Shown here in pieces: positions 46,511-59,711 of a DNA stretch of 64,000 bases; the first letter of the stretch is position 1, and every line of letters starts with the position of its first letter. The stretch is from Macrostomum lignano (lineage: Eukaryota). The notes beneath the pieces were generated by a model. It saw only the letters and a program-made list of their open reading frames with translations, searched no databases and was not told the DNA's origin. The DNA lies in NCBI GenBank assembly GCA_002269645.1, contig NIVC01000989.1:124001-188000 (forward strand). The letters run 5' to 3'. The translations under genes and the position numbers were made by a program.

Positions 46511-49500
46511 CTGCCCGTGGTCGCCAGGGGTTAGCGAAATGGGCGGCAACGCCTCCTCGCTGTTTCCGGACGCACGGAGCCCCCTGCAGCTAAGTCAAGA
46601 CGGACCTGAGCGGCTGCGTGACGCAGGTTTTGAACTCGAGCAGCCTGGGACAGCCAGTCCTTTTTATTGCTTTGGCCTGCAGCTCTGACAAGATATTTGC
46701 TTTGAGCAAAGGCAACCCAGAATGGTCAGTGCTGTGCATCGATAAAGACAGCGGTCAGCTGCAGACTAAAATTTCCTTGATTGGAGCCAGTCCCTCTGGT
46801 AAATATGTCGAGGGCATGTCTGTAATCGACAATACGCTGCTGCTTGCTGACTATGCCGGTGGCAAGCTCTACAAAGTGTGCATCGCCAGCGGTCAGCTGA
46901 TTACGACCTACTCGACCAAGCGAAGTCCTCTGGAGAAGTTTCGTGGAACTGTTGGTGTCGCGGTTCATCCGTCGGGTCTGCTGTTTGTCAGCGAGCGTTC
47001 AGGGCATGTGGTTCGTGTGATGCGCAGTGACGGCACTGTGCTGCAGACTGTGGAAGTCATGGGTCAGACTGGCAGTGGCGGAAGAAAATTTGATTACCCT
47101 TTTGGCTTGACGATTATTGAAGGAAGCCCGAAGTTGCTGGCGGTGTGTCAATATTCAAAAGCAATTGGCCTTTATATAAGCTTACTGTATAATTTTTTAT
47201 AATTTTGTGCAACTGTCTGGTATTTGCGGTGGCGAACTTGATGGCTCATTTGAATTGGCGATCATTGAATGAAGCCGTAAGTTGCTTGCCCTCACCCAGA
47301 GTAATTTTTTTGTATCCCAACTGATTATATAATTCTCTTTTGCGAAATCCTTCAAACTGTTTAACCTTTTTATTGCTCATAACTAATCATTGTTCACCCG
47401 TCATAGCTCAGAGCCCAGACTATAGTGTGCAATTGAATAATAATACTGGTCCCCGCGCGGAATGCCAGTTGCGTATCTTGCTGTTGCGATCGGAGAGAAA
47501 TGGCTCACTTACCCTCACCAGCTCAGGGTGGATAATTTTCAATGTCCCACAGTGTATGCACCTTATGTAATTATGCTTAAGAAAGCATGCAACTGACAGA
47601 AATATTTAAGGTCATTTGCCAGCAGTGTTAGTGAGCAAGCAACCCTCGAGAAAGATTTATCACTGCTAGTCATGAGCTGACCGTCTTATTTTAGTTTAAC
47701 TCGAATCCAGACAATTCTTTTAGTCACTTGGCAAAGCAGCGTTGCATGATGAGCAAATGAAGTCTCAGATTTAGGTCGCTAATAAAGTGTTTTGTATCTG
47801 TTATGGCTTACTCAACAGTGGTCATTAATTTCATGATTTTAGCACATTCATTGCTTTTCTGTGTCAAATAGTGATTTATAGCCTGACGAGTATCTATTTT
47901 GCTGTTGCTCTGGTAAGTTTCGATGGCCGAAATAGTTCACAAAATGAGTATTTATATACAGGCATTTAAAAAGCTTTATTCTAGCTTAGGGTTACCTTTT
48001 TGTCGGTAATCACAAATTGCTGTCTGCAGCTCATCTCTTTTTATTCAGCTATTTTCATTCAACTCCAGACATCTCGGATTCCACCACAGACACTAGAATC
48101 TGTTCTGGTACGCTACTTGAAATTAAGTTGTGATGAACTGGAGTGTCTACTCTTTATTTCAGTAGTTTGTCTGCGCAGTGTCACTGAAATTCATTGTAGC
48201 AGCTAAAATTTTCTTTCCTTTCTTTTTGTTGGTGGCGTCTGTAGCATATGGGGTTAAAAATGAACAATCGAATAAAAATTTAACTCGATGTGCACAAGTC
48301 AACACCAGACGGACGAAACTCAGCCTAGGGGGCAGGCCTAATCTAGCTCAGCCATATAGAGGGCAATCTGGAGAGACGTCACAGTCAGACAAGCGGGCAA
48401 GAGGAAAGCCAAACTGTTTATCGGCCTGGCTGTGGACTGGGGCGCCACCCCGTTTTCTCTCTTGATATGCACACGCGCTGGATTTGAGTCTTCTTTTAGA
48501 AAGCCAAAGACGACTGTTGCAGATTCAACAACTTTAATATTTTGTACAATTGAATGATTGTTTGCTCAACTTTTATAGGGGAGTACGCAATATTTACTAC
48601 TAAAAAGAGTAGATAAGCATTTTTGTATGTGGCATACCTAGTTATTTTTAGTATCTGAGGATCCCATCACATATTTTTGTATCCGTTTCGCGTCTTGACT
48701 CTCACCAGAATATTTACTACTGCCCAAATAAATGGTGCATTTCTGTGCTACGTTGACTCTTCAAAATTGAAGCAATGTTCGTCTGCAGTTATTTATTTTG
48801 CTGTTATACGATACTTAGTCTTCAAGCTCTTCCGAGGCACAAAAGGTGCACAGTGGGAACTTTAGGCGTAGAAGCAATGCAAGGGGCGTTCCAACTCGCG
48901 AAAGTTCTTTGCTACTTTTCCTCACTATTCTTTGAAAAGATTCAAAACTTTTCACCACTTTTCGGAACTTTTCCTCAGTATTTGAAAGTCATTGAAACTT
49001 ATCAGTATTATAGGGAATGTTTACTTTCGAGGTTTGCCAGAATCAGAAAGGGGATGGCAGCGATTAGTATTAGTATAGTAAATAAAGCTCTTTCTATGTT
49101 CAATCTGTGCCTGCAATATACGAGTATGTAACTCTCAGTTAATTTTTATTACTAATTCCCGTTGGAAAGTTATTCACCTGCATAGGCATAAAAAAGTGAG
49201 CGAGGACGGTGCACATAAGAGGCACTTTAGTGGTCTATTTCGTGCGTGTTTTGGAAATGCACCTGTATGCACCTATTACATGTATTACACCTATTACTGT
49301 ATACATGTACGCTTCACACACCTGTAATTCACCTTTTATGCGCTTTCTGCGCCCCTTCAGCACCCCCCGTGCACCTGCTGTGCCTCACTTGTGAGCCTAC
49401 TGTTCACCCTTTGCGCAGCTGCAGTGCCCCTTTACTGCCCCTACAGCCGCAACTAGTAAGAATTGACAATTTCCCTAATGCCTGACAAACTTCACCGATT

Positions 49501-49847
49501 GTACACTTTTCATGCCTCTTTTCAAAACTTTTCCAACGGGTACGATTTTGACCGCATTGCAGTTGTGATTGCCTTATGATTGGTTTTCGAAAGTTTTAAT
49601 ACACTGTAAATAGATCTAAAATATATTTATAGGAAAGGTCTATATCTGTTTTCAGAACCCGAATGATGTTAGTAGGATTTTTGAGTTGACATCTAGCAAA
49701 ATTGATATGCTCTAAGGCCAGTTTTATGCATTTAAATCACAGTGCAATGTAGCATCCTTCGATTAATTATCTGTAATAAACATTGCGTTTGGTTATTTTC
49801 ATTTATTACAATGCAGTTTGGCCAAAACCTATTCTAATTGCAGACAA

Positions 49848-51368
49848 ATGTCGGAGCCGGGCACTTCCTGTTTCATCAGATGCTGCACCGATCCTGTGTC
49901 TGGCACCGGTGCTCGAATCCGTCAGCCACTGTGTGTAAGACATCTTGAACAGGACAGGCACAGGGTGCGTGAGCTGCACAGGAATTTACAGACCAAACTG
50001 AAGCCATTGCTGAAATTGCAGAAATGATTCAGGATGCAGCAGCAAGCTCTGTCAGTTGAGCTGCAAGAGACTGAGGAGCTGTTTGAGTCGGCTGTGGACT
50101 CGCTGATGAAGTGGAAGGCAGCTGTGACAAAGCGACTGACTGAGAGACACGACAGCGTGTTGCAGAATCTGCAGCAGTTGTCCGCTCTGCAGGAGTATGA
50201 GCGAGAAGTGACGGAAGCAGAAAAGCACAATGACTTCAATAAGATGTTTGAGATCTCTGGCGCCTTGGATATTAAGAGCGAAGAATTACAGATTACGAGT
50301 TACGCTGCTATTAACGAAGACTCTGAGCGAGGCATTGGAAGGACTGTGAGCGATGTGAGCGGCTGTGTGAGGGACTTGCAGCTGCTGATTGACAGACACC
50401 TGAGTGATGTGATGCAGCTGTGCGAGTCAGCAGAATCACTTTGTGCAGATCAGCCAATCTGTGAGTTTCAGTCTGAAATAAAAGATCTGCCGGGTTCTCC
50501 ATATTATGTGTCATCATGCAGCAACACGCAAGGCTTTTACGTGGATTCTCGCAGGAAGGTGGTCAAGGAGGTCACTGACAGAGAGCTGCCCCAGCCGTGT
50601 CTCTTTGTTAGTTTTCATCCTAATAATAAGATAAACTACCTTCTTGCTTGCTCAGTTGACGGCTTAGTGATAGCGGAGCTGCAGCTCGACATTGATGTCT
50701 CAAAATCAGTCGCTGGCCTCTGCTGTGACAGCAAGCGACAGAGTCTTTATGTCGCCCAGTTTGATGCAGTAAAGGTGACGGACCTGAGCGGCTGCGTGAC
50801 GCAGGTTTTCAACTCGAGCAGCCTGGGACAGCCAGTCGACTTTATTGCTTTGGCCTGCAGCTCTGACAAGATATTTGCTTTGAGCGATGTCAACCCAGAA
50901 TGGTCAGTGCTGTGCATCGATAAAGACAGCGGTCAGCTGCAGGCCAACATTACCTTAGTTGGTGTCAGTCTCTCTGGTAAATTCACTGAGGGCATGTCTG
51001 TAATCGACAACTCGCTGCTGCTCACTGACTATGAAGGTGGGAAGCTCTACAAAGTGTGCATCGCCAGCGGTCAGCTGATCTCGACCTACCCGACCAAGCG
51101 AAGCCGTTTTAAAAAGTTTTCTGGACCGGTTGGTGTCGCGGCTCATCGCTCAGATCTGCTGTGTGTCAGCGAGTATGCAGAGCATGCGGTTACTTTGATG
51201 CGGAGTGACGGCACTGTGCTGCAGACTATCGAACTCGAGGGTCAAGCTGGCAGTGACGGTGACGAACTTGATGACCCATTTGGCTTGGCGATCGTTGAAG
51301 GAAGCCCGAAGCTGCTGGCGGTGTGTCAAGATTCAAAATCGATTGGCCTTTATAAGCTTACTGTGTAA
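49848..51368 (+). pseudogene. TRIM-NHL-like copy 5 with an in-frame nonsense codon (GAA>TGA at 50025-50027)
   Basis: ATG at 49848 is in frame with the 444 aa ORF starting at 50034; the other copies read E at this codon. Confidence 0.8.
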
Positions 51369-53111
51369 TTTTAAAGTTTATTCGCATCTCTACGGTTTCA
51401 AATCTTATTTGACGTGTATGTTAATTGTTGTTTTGTCCACCCTCAATGCCGTTTTTGGCGGGTCATGAGCATTCGCATACTTTTATAGTAACAGTTACTA
51501 ATCTACTGTTATGAGTGGTCATTTTGTTTTAGCTTGATCATAGACGCAAATATTTTCATTAATAGAGCCGTTTAAGTATACCAATGATAAATTTTTCGCA
51601 CATTTAATCAATTTCTTTTCAACGTAACTACAAAGAAAAATCTGTATCCTTCGACTAAGTTTTATTTTAACTTACTGAAATACTTTGAATTGAATGCTTT
51701 CGTAACCCTGTGTTGTAGATACGTACGGGCTATTGTCTGCAATTACATATATGCTTGTCTTTCTTTCAAATGTAATCGATTTTTTATTTGTGAAAGCGAG
51801 GCTTTGGATCCATTTTTAGCTAATTACTTTTCGGATTTCGGATTAGAAGCCTATGAGTTTGATTTTTGGAAATTTTAAATTTATTGAGTCAGTATAACAA
51901 AATCTATCATAATAATCGATACAGCATGTCTGATATTAAGAGATAAAATTTCTCAACTCTCGGAAATTGAACTCATACACACGAGTAAAAACAAATGCCA
52001 AAAAATATTCTATTAATTGCCAACTTTTCGACTTTTCTATTTTTCTGATCCCCCGCGTGTTGCCATACATGCGGCTATATATGGCCTTTTTTAATGTCTT
52101 TCCGCATTAATTGTTTTTCTTTTAAATTTGATTAACCCTTTTTTAATTAAAATGTCTTTTGACAAGAAATATACAAACAATTGACTGATTTGCCGTTAAA
52201 GTTATGCAATGTCTTAATGTGCTTTTTTCAGTTTCTGTGTTTGGAATCCATTAGGTAGGTTTAAAGGTAACTAAGATTGGCGTTAAGTATTTCACATTAT
52301 TTAAGAATGTCCGGGACTTTTATAATAAGGTTGTTCCAGTCGGCTGTTTAAGTGCCTGCTGCTAGACAGTTTTTGCTTCCTTGACCGAAATTTCTTCCTG
52401 GGTACCAACTTAAACTTCAATTTTAATAGAACAGTCCTACCTGTTGCTAAGGCTATGTCCACTTGCCATTACTTTTGAATAACTGGACGAATTACGAATT
52501 GTGACTACGAAACTTCGTCCTAATTGTCCTTTCAACATGAAGGAGAGTGTGACTCATGAGATTTTCTTGTGTCAGCTGTCATCTGACAGCTATCCTATCA
52601 GAAGTTAACAATGCTTGGACGAAATGGCTGTTGTTTGTTCCAAATAGCAATGCCTCGATTCGCTCCTAACAGTTCAGACTTGGCTTAAGCTTTTTTCACC
52701 AAGTAACTAATATTAGTTTGGCAGCAGTGAAGATCAACCCCACATTGCTTGCATCTACTTTTGCTGCTCATATCAAGACTTGCGACCTGGTGCTAAAAAA
52801 AAACAGAAGGCAATGGCAAAGATGCAGTCAGAGCTGGACGAACAGCGGCAGGTTGTGGCAGAGCGCGAGAAGGCGAATATGACACAACAGCAGTAGGCAG
52901 CACACTCTTGTGCAAGCTGACATTAGTGCCCTGCTAAAAGATGCCAGCCGTTATGGTGTTCCCAATTATGCAAAGAAGCTGCAGAAAAAACTTGAATGAC
53001 TATGCTTCCCTGAATTTCACTCTGTCACAAGCTGTCTCCAAACCTTTCCGATTGTAAAATTCCCATGTTTAAAGTGTCAAAAATCCTTAAGCCAGCCTAT
53101 TGCAGCGCCCC

Positions 53112-53600
53112 TGAAGTGACACATTTTGGCCCTAAAAGTTCTCATCCAGATTGAATGTTTTTTAACCAATGAATGCGCTCCAACTAGCAAAAGCTGAGGA
53201 CACGACCCCAACCAATGAAAAGTAGCTATGGATCACCCAATGCGATCAAGACTGAAAAGTACTATAAAAGCCCATGTCAACCAAGCAAGAAGCTCGCCTT
53301 TTTTTGCCCCTCTCTTTTTCCCTCTCCCCTCTTTTAGCTTTTGCTAGCTATCTAAGAATTACCTTTGATTGAAACAGTTAGGGCCTCAACCCGAATACCA
53401 AAACTGATAAATTAATCTATTGAAACCAAACTAACAATCAAGCCACACTCCACAACAGACTGAACCTTCGGTTCACCCCAAACAACAAGAACCCATTGTA
53501 GCTTGAACCGAACGAGCTTCTTATTTGGAATTCCATCTTAGACATTCTATTTTGTAAGATAACATCTCAAGATTGTGACCATCAAATACAACGGTCAAGT
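53112..53600 (+). mobile_element. LTR-like/promoter-like insertion upstream of copy 6
   Basis: Three CCAAT motifs then TATAAAAG (about 53262); not seen in the homologous spacer before copy 2; candidate termini TGAAG(53112)...GTTCA(53475) with cccc flanks, but the right end is uncertain. Confidence 0.35.
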
Positions 53601-54186
53601 GTTTGCATTATCAGGAAAAGTCAGTTGAATCCGCCGCCTCAGTTATTTGGCTCTCACAATGAAACTTGAAGTAGACATAGAGCCATAGGGATGAGAGACC
53701 AGACGAGCAACACCATATTTAAAATATTTCCCCCCATCATCAGAAATGGGCTCATTAGGAGCAATCTAATCTATTTATTCATCATTGATGCAGACAGCGT
53801 ACAAAACTGAAGAGCTAGGCAAAGCTTTGTCCTAAACACACCAGTGCTATAGATACAATTATCGATGCCATTAATACCATAGTCCCGTGCAAATTTAAAT
53901 TGCCTATTCATCTGGCTCTGACCGCAAAATTGAAGTTTCCGTTTGTAAGCAAGTTATATGGTTTCAAAAGTAACTTTAAAGTTGTGAATTATGTCATTTG
54001 GTCCCTCTCGCATCATATCAAATTTAGCGGAATGGGCGTCCGCGCCTTCCCGCTGTGTCCCCTCCGGGACAGCCCTGCAGCATCATATCAACTTAAATAT
54101 GGCATTTTTGGCTTTGTTAAAAGTTTTCAGTATTTTCACAGGATAAGTATTTTTCATTATTTTAAAGTATTTTCAGTTCCAACTCA

Positions 54187-55707
54187 ATGTCGGAGCCGAC
54201 CACTTCCTGCTTTATCAAAGGCTGCACCGATCCTGTGTCTGGCAGCGGTGCTCGAATACGTCAGCCACTGTGTGAAAGACATCTCGAACAGGACAGGCAC
54301 AGGGTGCGTGAGTTGCACAAGAATTTACATACAAAGATGAAGCCCTTGCTGAAATTGCAGAAAGAATTTCGGATGCAGCAGCAAGCTCTGTCAGTTGAGC
54401 TGCAAGAGACTGAGGAGCTGTTTGAGTCGGCTGTGGACTCGCTGATGAAGTGGAAGGCAGCTGTGACAAAGCGACTGACTGAGAGACACGACAGCGTGTT
54501 GCAGAATCTGCAGCAGTTGTCCGCTCTGCAGGAGTATGAGCGAGAAGTGACGGAAGCAGAAAAGGACAATGACTTCAATAAGATGTTTGAAATTTCTAAC
54601 GCGTTAGATATAAAGAGTGAAGAGTTGCAGACGACGTGTGGCCCGGCGTCTAACGAAGACTCTGAACGAGGCACTGTAAGGACTGTTGGTGATGTGAGCG
54701 GCTGTGTGAGGGACTTGCAGCTGCTGATTGACAGACACCTGAGTGATGTGATGCAGCTGTGCGAGTCAGCAGACCCACTCAGTGAAGATCAGCCAATCTG
54801 TGGGTTTCAGTCTGAAATAAAAGATCTGCCGGGTTCTCCTTTCTATGTAACATCATGCAGCAACACGCAAGACTTTTACGTGGACTCTCAGAGCAAGGTG
54901 GTCAACGATCCGACTGACAGAGAGCTGCCACAGCCGTGTCTCTTCGTTAGTTTTCATCCTAATGATAAGATAAACCACCTTCTTGCCTGCTCAGTCGACG
55001 GCTTAGTGAAAGCGCAGCTACAGCTCGACATTGATGTCTCAAAAACTGTTGTAGGGCTCTGCTGTGACAGCAAGCGACAGAGTCTTTTTGTTGCTCAGTT
55101 TGACGCAGTGAAGGTGACGGACCTGAGCGGCTTCGTGGCGCAGGTTTTCAACTCGAGCAGCCTGGGACAGCCAGTCAACTTTTTTGCCTTGACCTGCAGC
55201 TCTGACAAGATATTTGCTTTGAGCAAAGGCAACCCAGAATGGTCAGTGCTGTGCATCGATAAAGACAGCGGTCAGCTGCAGACTAAAATTTCCTTGATTG
55301 GAGCCAGTCCCTCTGGTAAATATGTCGAGGGCATGTCTGTAATCGACAATACGCTGCTGCTTGCTGACTATGCCGGTGGCAAGCTCTACAAAGTGTGCAT
55401 CGCCAGCGGTCAGCTGATTACGACCTACTCGACCAAGCGAAGTCCTCTGGAGAAGTTTCGTGGAACTGTTGGTGTCGCGGTTCATCCGTCGGGTCTGCTG
55501 TTTGTCAGCGAGCGTTCAGGGCATGTGGTTCGTTTGATGCAAAGTGACGGCACTGTGCTGCAGACTGTCGCAGTGGAGGGTCAGGCTGGCATTTGCGGAA
55601 GAAAACTTGACAACCCATTGGGCTTGACGATCATCGAAGGAAGCCCCAAGCTGCTGGTGGTGTGTCAAAATTTAAAATCAATTAGTCTTTATACTTTTAC
55701 TGTGTGA
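54187..55707 (+). CDS. TRIM-NHL-like protein copy 6, 506 aa
   Basis: Full ORF paralogous to copy 1. Confidence 0.85.
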   Translation: MSEPTTSCFIKGCTDPVSGSGARIRQPLCERHLEQDRHRVRELHKNLHTKMKPLLKLQKEFRMQQQALSVELQETEELFESAVDSLMKWKAAVTKRLTERHDSVLQNLQQLSALQEYEREVTEAEKDNDFNKMFEISNALDIKSEELQTTCGPASNEDSERGTVRTVGDVSGCVRDLQLLIDRHLSDVMQLCESADPLSEDQPICGFQSEIKDLPGSPFYVTSCSNTQDFYVDSQSKVVNDPTDRELPQPCLFVSFHPNDKINHLLACSVDGLVKAQLQLDIDVSKTVVGLCCDSKRQSLFVAQFDAVKVTDLSGFVAQVFNSSSLGQPVNFFALTCSSDKIFALSKGNPEWSVLCIDKDSGQLQTKISLIGASPSGKYVEGMSVIDNTLLLADYAGGKLYKVCIASGQLITTYSTKRSPLEKFRGTVGVAVHPSGLLFVSERSGHVVRLMQSDGTVLQTVAVEGQAGICGRKLDNPLGLTIIEGSPKLLVVCQNLKSISLYTFTV

Positions 55708-56533
55708 TTTTTAAGTTCATCGGGATAAATTTGCGGTTGTGAAGGCTGTTTGACATGGTGTTAGTTATTTTTTATTCACATTTAATGTTTTTTTAACACT
55801 TCATTAGTATTCTAATGCTGTATTAGTAGTATTATGAGTAGTCAGCAGTTATTTTTCGGTTCATCCGGCACGCAATTATTTGAAAAGCTATTTTTTAATT
55901 TTATATACTGATTTTACTCCGAGTGGAAATCAATTTTTGTTTAGCTTTAGTACCACGATACTTACTTTATGTGTTGTGAATAAAATTTATAGTGACTGAT
56001 AAACACTTTGATTACCTGATTTATATTTTTCTTCTGTTTAATTTTTAACTCTTAGCAACAAGGCTGTGATTCCTTTTGAGCAAATTACTTTTTATTGTAA
56101 TTCGAAGGTTGAGTTGGACCTTCTCGAAATTTTAATTTTTTAATTGTAAGTATAACAAAATTTATCATACTAATCTAAATATAGCATTCCGTTATAGGGC
56201 TGGAGGAATTATTCGAAATTTGGAAATTTATTTTAAACATTAATACGAGTAGGGCAATCAAAAATTTTAATAAATTGCCAACTTTCTGGCTTTTTTCTTC
56301 AGATACATCAGTGTTGCCACATTTTATGCTATTTGTTGTTTTCTGCGCTGAAACCTGTTCTATATTTGATCGTCTATTGTTGCTAAAAAGTCTTTCGACA
56401 AGGAATATACGAACTATTGAAAATTTGCTAATTTCCTGATAAGGTTATCAAATGTCTTAAGCTGTTATTTTAGTTTCCGTGTTTGGAATCCATTAGTTAG
56501 GTTCAAATGTAACTAGGATTATATTTATATATA

Positions 56534-57225
56534 GACATTGATAACTCCAAAACTGTTGTAGGACTTTGCTGTGAGAGCAAGCGACAGAGTCTTTATGTTG
56601 CTCAGTTTGATACAGTGAAAGTGACGGATCTGAGCAGCTGCGTGATTCAGGTTTTTGACTCAAAGAATCTCGAACAGCCAGTCGACTTCAGTGGCTTGGC
56701 CTGCAGCTCTGACAAGATATTTTCTTGAGTTTAGGCAGCCCAGAATGGTCAGTGCTGTGCATCGATAAAGACAGCGGTCAGCTGCAGACCAAAATTACCT
56801 TAGTTGATGTCTGTCCGTCCGGTAAATTAATCGAGGGCATGTCTGTAATTGACAACGCGTTGCTGTTTTCAGACTATGCTAATGGCAAGCTCTACAAAGT
56901 GTGCATCGCCAGCAGTTAGCTGATATTGACCTACCCGACCAAGCGAGGTCGGATAGGTCGTGTTGCTGTCGCGGCTCATCGCTCGGGTCTGCTGTTTGTC
57001 AGTGAGTGTTTAGGGCATGTAGTTCGTGTGATGCGGAGTGACGGCACTGTGCTGCAGACTGTCGAAGTCGACTGTCAGGCTGGCAGGGACGGTGACACAC
57101 TTGACGATCCGTTTGGCCTGACGATTATTGAAGGAAACCCCAAGCTGCTGGCTGTCACTCAGAGTAACATGTCTTTCTGCATTTATAGACTAAATATGTG
57201 TGACTCTCTTGCGAAATCCTACTAA
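56534..57225 (+). pseudogene. TRIM-NHL-like copy 7, 5'-truncated fragment (blades 2-6)
   Basis: Homology starts at [12 protein letters not shown]; 1 bp deletion near 56725; CAG>TAG stop at 56917-56919. Confidence 0.85.
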
Positions 57226-57427
57226 CTATTTAGTCTTTTTGTGTTCGTAACTAGTCTTGTTTCGCTCGCCTGTTTGGCTTTGCTGTTATTGATTCTGTTT
57301 CATCATTTTTTAAGTTTTTTATAGTTGGTTCTTACGAGTAAACTTTTCGTTTAGTTCGTTTCCAATATGATGCAGCATTTTTGCACCAGCTATTATCGCT
57401 TTTGGAGTTTCGAATGTGACTTCAGAC

Positions 57428-58084
57428 TAGGGGTGTTCGGGTTTCGGGTTTTCGGGTTTTATATTTTTACGAGTTGAAACGAAATTAAGCGTAAACTGAG
57501 TAGTTCCAGGTTTTTTTACGTATATTTAAATTTTTGAATCGTTATAAATATCATTTTAGTATGCCACCTTACCTTATGATGCGCAACAATTTACACAAAT
57601 GATTAATTAAGGCTTCGTCAAAAATCTGTTTAGAAAAAAATTGAATTTATATATTATAGCCTCCTCCAAGCAAAAGAAGACAATATTGGTGCATTTGCAT
57701 TGCTGACTAATATTATTATGCAGTCATATTATTCAATAATTTATTGACAGAATCTTTAATAGTTATAAATTATGGTGAGATAAAGCCTTGAACGTCAGAG
57801 AACTTAGAGCCCTTGAAGAAAAGCAGATAATATAACCCTTTTGCAGTGTTTCGACATGATACTACAGTGTTACTTTCCGAGCGCGCTTAAAAATACGAAA
57901 AATAGTGCAACTATTTTGATTCTGATTGAGTATTGATGTTTTTTTTCGGATAGAATTTCTGGGTCCGGGTCGGATTCGGTTTCGGGTTATTTGTTCGGGT
58001 CGGGTTCGGGGTTCGGGGTTAGAGCTTCGGGTTCGGGTTGGGGTTCTACCCCGAACCCGAAAAAAAGAAACCCGAGCACCCCTA
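57428..58084. mobile_element. hAT-superfamily MITE (657 bp)
   Basis: 18 bp TIRs (taggggtgttcgggtttc / gaaacccgagcaccccta, one mismatch); 8 bp TSD cttcagac at 57420-57427 and 58085-58092; subterminal ttcggg repeats. Confidence 0.88.
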
Positions 58085-59711
58085 CTTCAGACTAATAACG
58101 GGTGACTCGCTGTGTCTCATATGCAACTGTACCATGGTGAGGGTGAGTGTCACCAGTGTGTACATGCATATATGTGCTTTATATAATACTCGTTGCTCGT
58201 AAAGTTAAGGAAATCAACTGAAGAAAATATTTAATGTCATTTGCAACCATTTTTAGTGAGCAAACAATTCTTTGCACAGATTTATCACTGCTAATAATGA
58301 GCTAACCGTACTATTTTAGTTTGACTTGATCGAGACAGTTCTTGTCAATTGGCAAACCAGCATTGCATGATGAGCATAGAGAGTCTTAGATTGATTTTCC
58401 CGAAGTTTAATTTAGATTAGATATTCAATGAAGTGTTTTTGACAGTGTTTGTTTTTGTTTTGTTTTTGAAGTGTTATTCACTTGTAAAAACTTTATCCTA
58501 CTAGCCCACGGTAATAAAATTTCTTTTTGCTGATGCATATTTTCGATAGTCACAAATTGCTGTCTGGCGTTCATCCTCTTATTATCCAGCTTTTTTAGGT
58601 TCCCGAAGTCTCTTATCCCTAGTAAGATACTAGAATAAGTCAACATGCCACTCGCAATTAAACTTGTGAAATAGTAGAGCGTCTACTCTTCATTCAGTAG
58701 TTTTTCTGCGCAGTGTCACTTAAATTTATTGTGGCAGCTAAAATTTTCTCCTTTCCCTGGGTTGGTGGTTTTCGTAAGCATATGGTTAAGAATGAACAAC
58801 AGGCATTTAACTCGATGTACGCAAGTGAACGCAAGAAAAAAAATCAGTCTATGGGGTAAGCCTAATCTGGCCCAGCCAATGAGAGGGCAGTAAGAAGAGT
58901 GTCAAAGTCAGACAAAAGCGGGCAAGAGGAAAGCCAAACTGTTATCGGCCTGGCTGTGGGCTTGAACGCCACCTCTTTCTCTCTTGCTCGCTATGCACGC
59001 ATTGGATTCGGGTTTGATTTTAAAAAGACGATAGCAATTGTTGCAGATTCGAAAGCTTTAAATATTTTGTAAAATTGAATGAATATATACATTACTACGA
59101 GCGTATCATAATGGCAAAATACGCAAAAGTACTACTAAAAAGAAGTTCGAATAAAAAGGTGTTTTTTTCGGATGACACATTTAGTTTTTTGTGTCTGTGA
59201 ATCCTATCGCTTATTTTTGCATCCGTTTCGCAGCTTGACTTATTAACCAGACTTTCTACTACTGCCAAAATAAGTTATGCATATCTAAACTATGTTACCT
59301 TCAAAAAAAGAAATTTTTCTCTGTCATTTGATTTAGTGTCAAGACAAAACTTAGTTCCTAAGAGTAGAAAACTGTAGATCTCTGTTTAAAGCACCCAGTG
59401 CCATGGATACAGGATTAATGTCAATAATACCAAAGTACCATGCAAGTTTAAATCTCTAGTGATACTTGGTTTTGAATCCAGAATTAAAATTCTGGCTATC
59501 AAAGTTGGATGCTTTAAATATAAGTTTATAAAACTTGTTATTTACCCTCTCATTAAGTCACTCTCGCATTGCCTTTTTATGGTGATTAACTTAGAGTTGG
59601 CAGATTTCAGAAGTAATTATTCAGACAAGTTAGTTTTGCGTCAAGAAATGGTTTTCTGATTTCTGTATTAAACTTTACTACGAGTATAATCTTATTTTCA
59701 GTTGCAACTCA

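Noticed and set aside
46551-46562. Exact 12 nt match to the HDV ribozyme P3/L3 (GCCTCCTCGCTG)
   Set aside because: P3, P1 and P1.1 partners do not form, so it is not called a ribozyme.
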